Shown in pieces: positions 14,408-14,629 of a DNA stretch of 14,629 bases (its first letter is position 1; each line of letters begins with the position of its first letter). The stretch is from Methanobacterium sp. (lineage in GTDB: Archaea > Methanobacteriota > Methanobacteria > Methanobacteriales > Methanobacteriaceae). Under the pieces are notes generated by a model. That model was not told where the DNA came from. It saw only the letters and a list, made by a program, of their open reading frames with translations, and made no database searches. The position numbers and the translations under genes are program-made. The DNA is taken from the NCBI GenBank assembly GCA_003166335.1, contig PMWA01000060.1, positions 1-14,629 on the forward strand. Reading direction: 5' to 3'.

Positions 14408-14629
14408 TTGTTTGGAAATTACAGTAATGATAAGAAAAGTAATAGAGGCGGCAGTAATTCTCCTATTAATGAAGGAGAGGAATACGATGTTAAAATTGAA
14501 GACACTGGTAGAGATGGGGATGGAATCACACGTATAGAAGGTTTCGTTGTATTTGTCTCAGGTGCTAAAGTAGGCGATGAAGTTAAAATTAGAATTAATT
14601 CTACTAGAAGAAATTTTGCTTTTGCAGAA
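14408..14629 (+). CDS. Stand-alone TRAM domain protein (archaeal RNA chaperone), 3'-truncated by the window edge; not in the ORF track
   Basis: TTG 14408 follows GGAAGTGA and translates to [74 protein letters not shown], a classic TRAM pattern. Confidence 0.92.
   Translation, partial: MFGNYSNDKKSNRGGSNSPINEGEEYDVKIEDTGRDGDGITRIEGFVVFVSGAKVGDEVKIRINSTRRNFAFAE

Noticed and set aside
1..14629. Mobile element or prophage
   Set aside because: No transposase, integrase, terminal repeats or viral genes recognised.

Overview
AT-rich archaeal-type chromosomal DNA, most likely from a methanogen such as a Methanobacterium relative. This is inferred from an Mmp10-family gene, a stand-alone TRAM gene, BRE/TATA promoters and GGAGG/AGGTG ribosome-binding sites. 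The flanks look ordinary: TSUP transporter (partial), TPR protein, sulfite-oxidase-like Mo enzyme, DUF488, hemerythrin-like protein, M24 peptidase and TRAM (partial). The centre (about 2.36-10.76 kb) holds an unusual cluster: a PPP-like metallophosphoesterase, a membrane FHA protein, an M6 metalloprotease with no signal peptide, a divergent 83-aa protein, a multi-pass receptor-like Ser/Thr kinase, a membrane-anchored protein and a divergent Mmp10-like B12/radical-SAM enzyme with no mcr genes nearby. The 83-aa protein is a stand-alone homolog of the protease C-terminal helix (21/45 identities, ungapped) and ends in GG|AQPQWGWPW, like a peptide precursor. Together these suggest a possible archaeal peptide-processing and phospho-signalling system, which is a hypothesis only. 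Downstream lie duplicated promoter/hairpin units and a third hairpin, all carrying an anti-SD-like CACACCTC motif (candidate sRNAs). Two genes appear to need non-canonical starts, and a 34-aa basic ORF is missing from the ORF track. All calls come from motif reading; no searches were run.
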